A stretch of 64,000 nt of DNA, taken from Hormiphora californensis (taxonomy: Eukaryota > Animalia > Ctenophora). A model generated the notes under the pieces. That model worked only from the letters and a program-made list of their open reading frames with translations. It did no database searches and was not told the origin of the DNA. A program made the position numbers and the translations under genes. Shown one piece after another: positions 63,580 through 64,000 of the stretch; position 1 is the first letter of the stretch; each line of letters starts with the position of its first letter. The DNA is taken from contig CM035351.1 of the NCBI GenBank assembly GCA_020137815.1, forward strand, positions 9,362,001-9,426,000. The letters run 5' to 3'.

Positions 63580-63988
63580 ATGGATGAGAACCCGTTTGCG
63601 GACCCTAACCAGGTCAACCCCTTCATGGACCCATCTGTTCAACAGGTTAATATCATTATCTTAGTTGCCAAATAGTTGCAAAATACTCAAATGTACATTA
63701 CAGAATTGTGGGGTTATATCTTGTATACTATCCCAGGTATCTGCCCAATCTACGACGGTTGGTGCAGGGCTAGAGGACGCTATGTTCTCCGAGCCTGCCA
63801 CAGTTCCTGTTGCGCCTGTTATAACCCAACCTGCTGCTATCCCAACCTACCCTGCTAGTACGGCAGCTCCCAGCTACGCCCCTCCCAGTTACCCTACCAC
63901 CGGTACAGCTGGAGGGTATGGGTCCTCTAACTCATTCAATTCGCAACCACCACGACAATACGGCAACGATGAGAACCTGAAGAAACAG
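63580..63988 (+). CDS. SCAMP: Secretory carrier membrane protein (SCAMP family), first two exons; continues beyond the window
   Basis: MDENPFADPNQVNPFMDPSVQQ (tandem NPF motifs), followed by a Pro-rich exon leading into a coiled coil. Confidence 0.8.
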
Positions 63989-64000
63989 GTCAGTGTGAAC

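Overview
This is a gene-dense, compact eukaryotic (animal-type) genomic window with short GT-AG introns. The gene set, nested genes and apparent trans-splice acceptors suggest a ctenophore-like genome, but that is inference. Genes fall into tightly spaced same-strand runs: on the minus strand pirin > PGP > C2H2-ZF > TMEM9 > TSG101; on the plus strand ZFAND1 > alpha-SNAP > SBDS; on the minus strand POLD1 > gephyrin > carbonyl reductase > MMS22L > INTS9 > TRAPPC9. WDR59 (-), a class A GPCR (+), the start of SCAMP (+) and a sulfotransferase 3' exon (+) are also present. Almost every start codon has an unpaired splice acceptor just upstream, as expected for operons resolved by SL trans-splicing. 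Two uncharacterised genes are nested in introns. Mobile DNA is abundant: MITEs of several superfamilies, a family of ~70-bp TTGG...CCAA elements with 9-bp TSDs, a piggyBac-type element, a Helentron/DINE-like element inside a 34-bp satellite, and a LINE 3' end. Inside that LINE 3' UTR lies a TSD-flanked, twin-priming-type insertion of about 2.4 identical copies of a structured 505-nt non-coding unit; this candidate retro-copied circular or multimeric RNA is the most unusual feature. A ~5.8-kb tandem duplication, many single-base frameshifts and a garbled segment at ~41.7-43.4 kb point to assembly imperfections. Coordinates were read by eye; multi-exon CDS entries give the full gene span.
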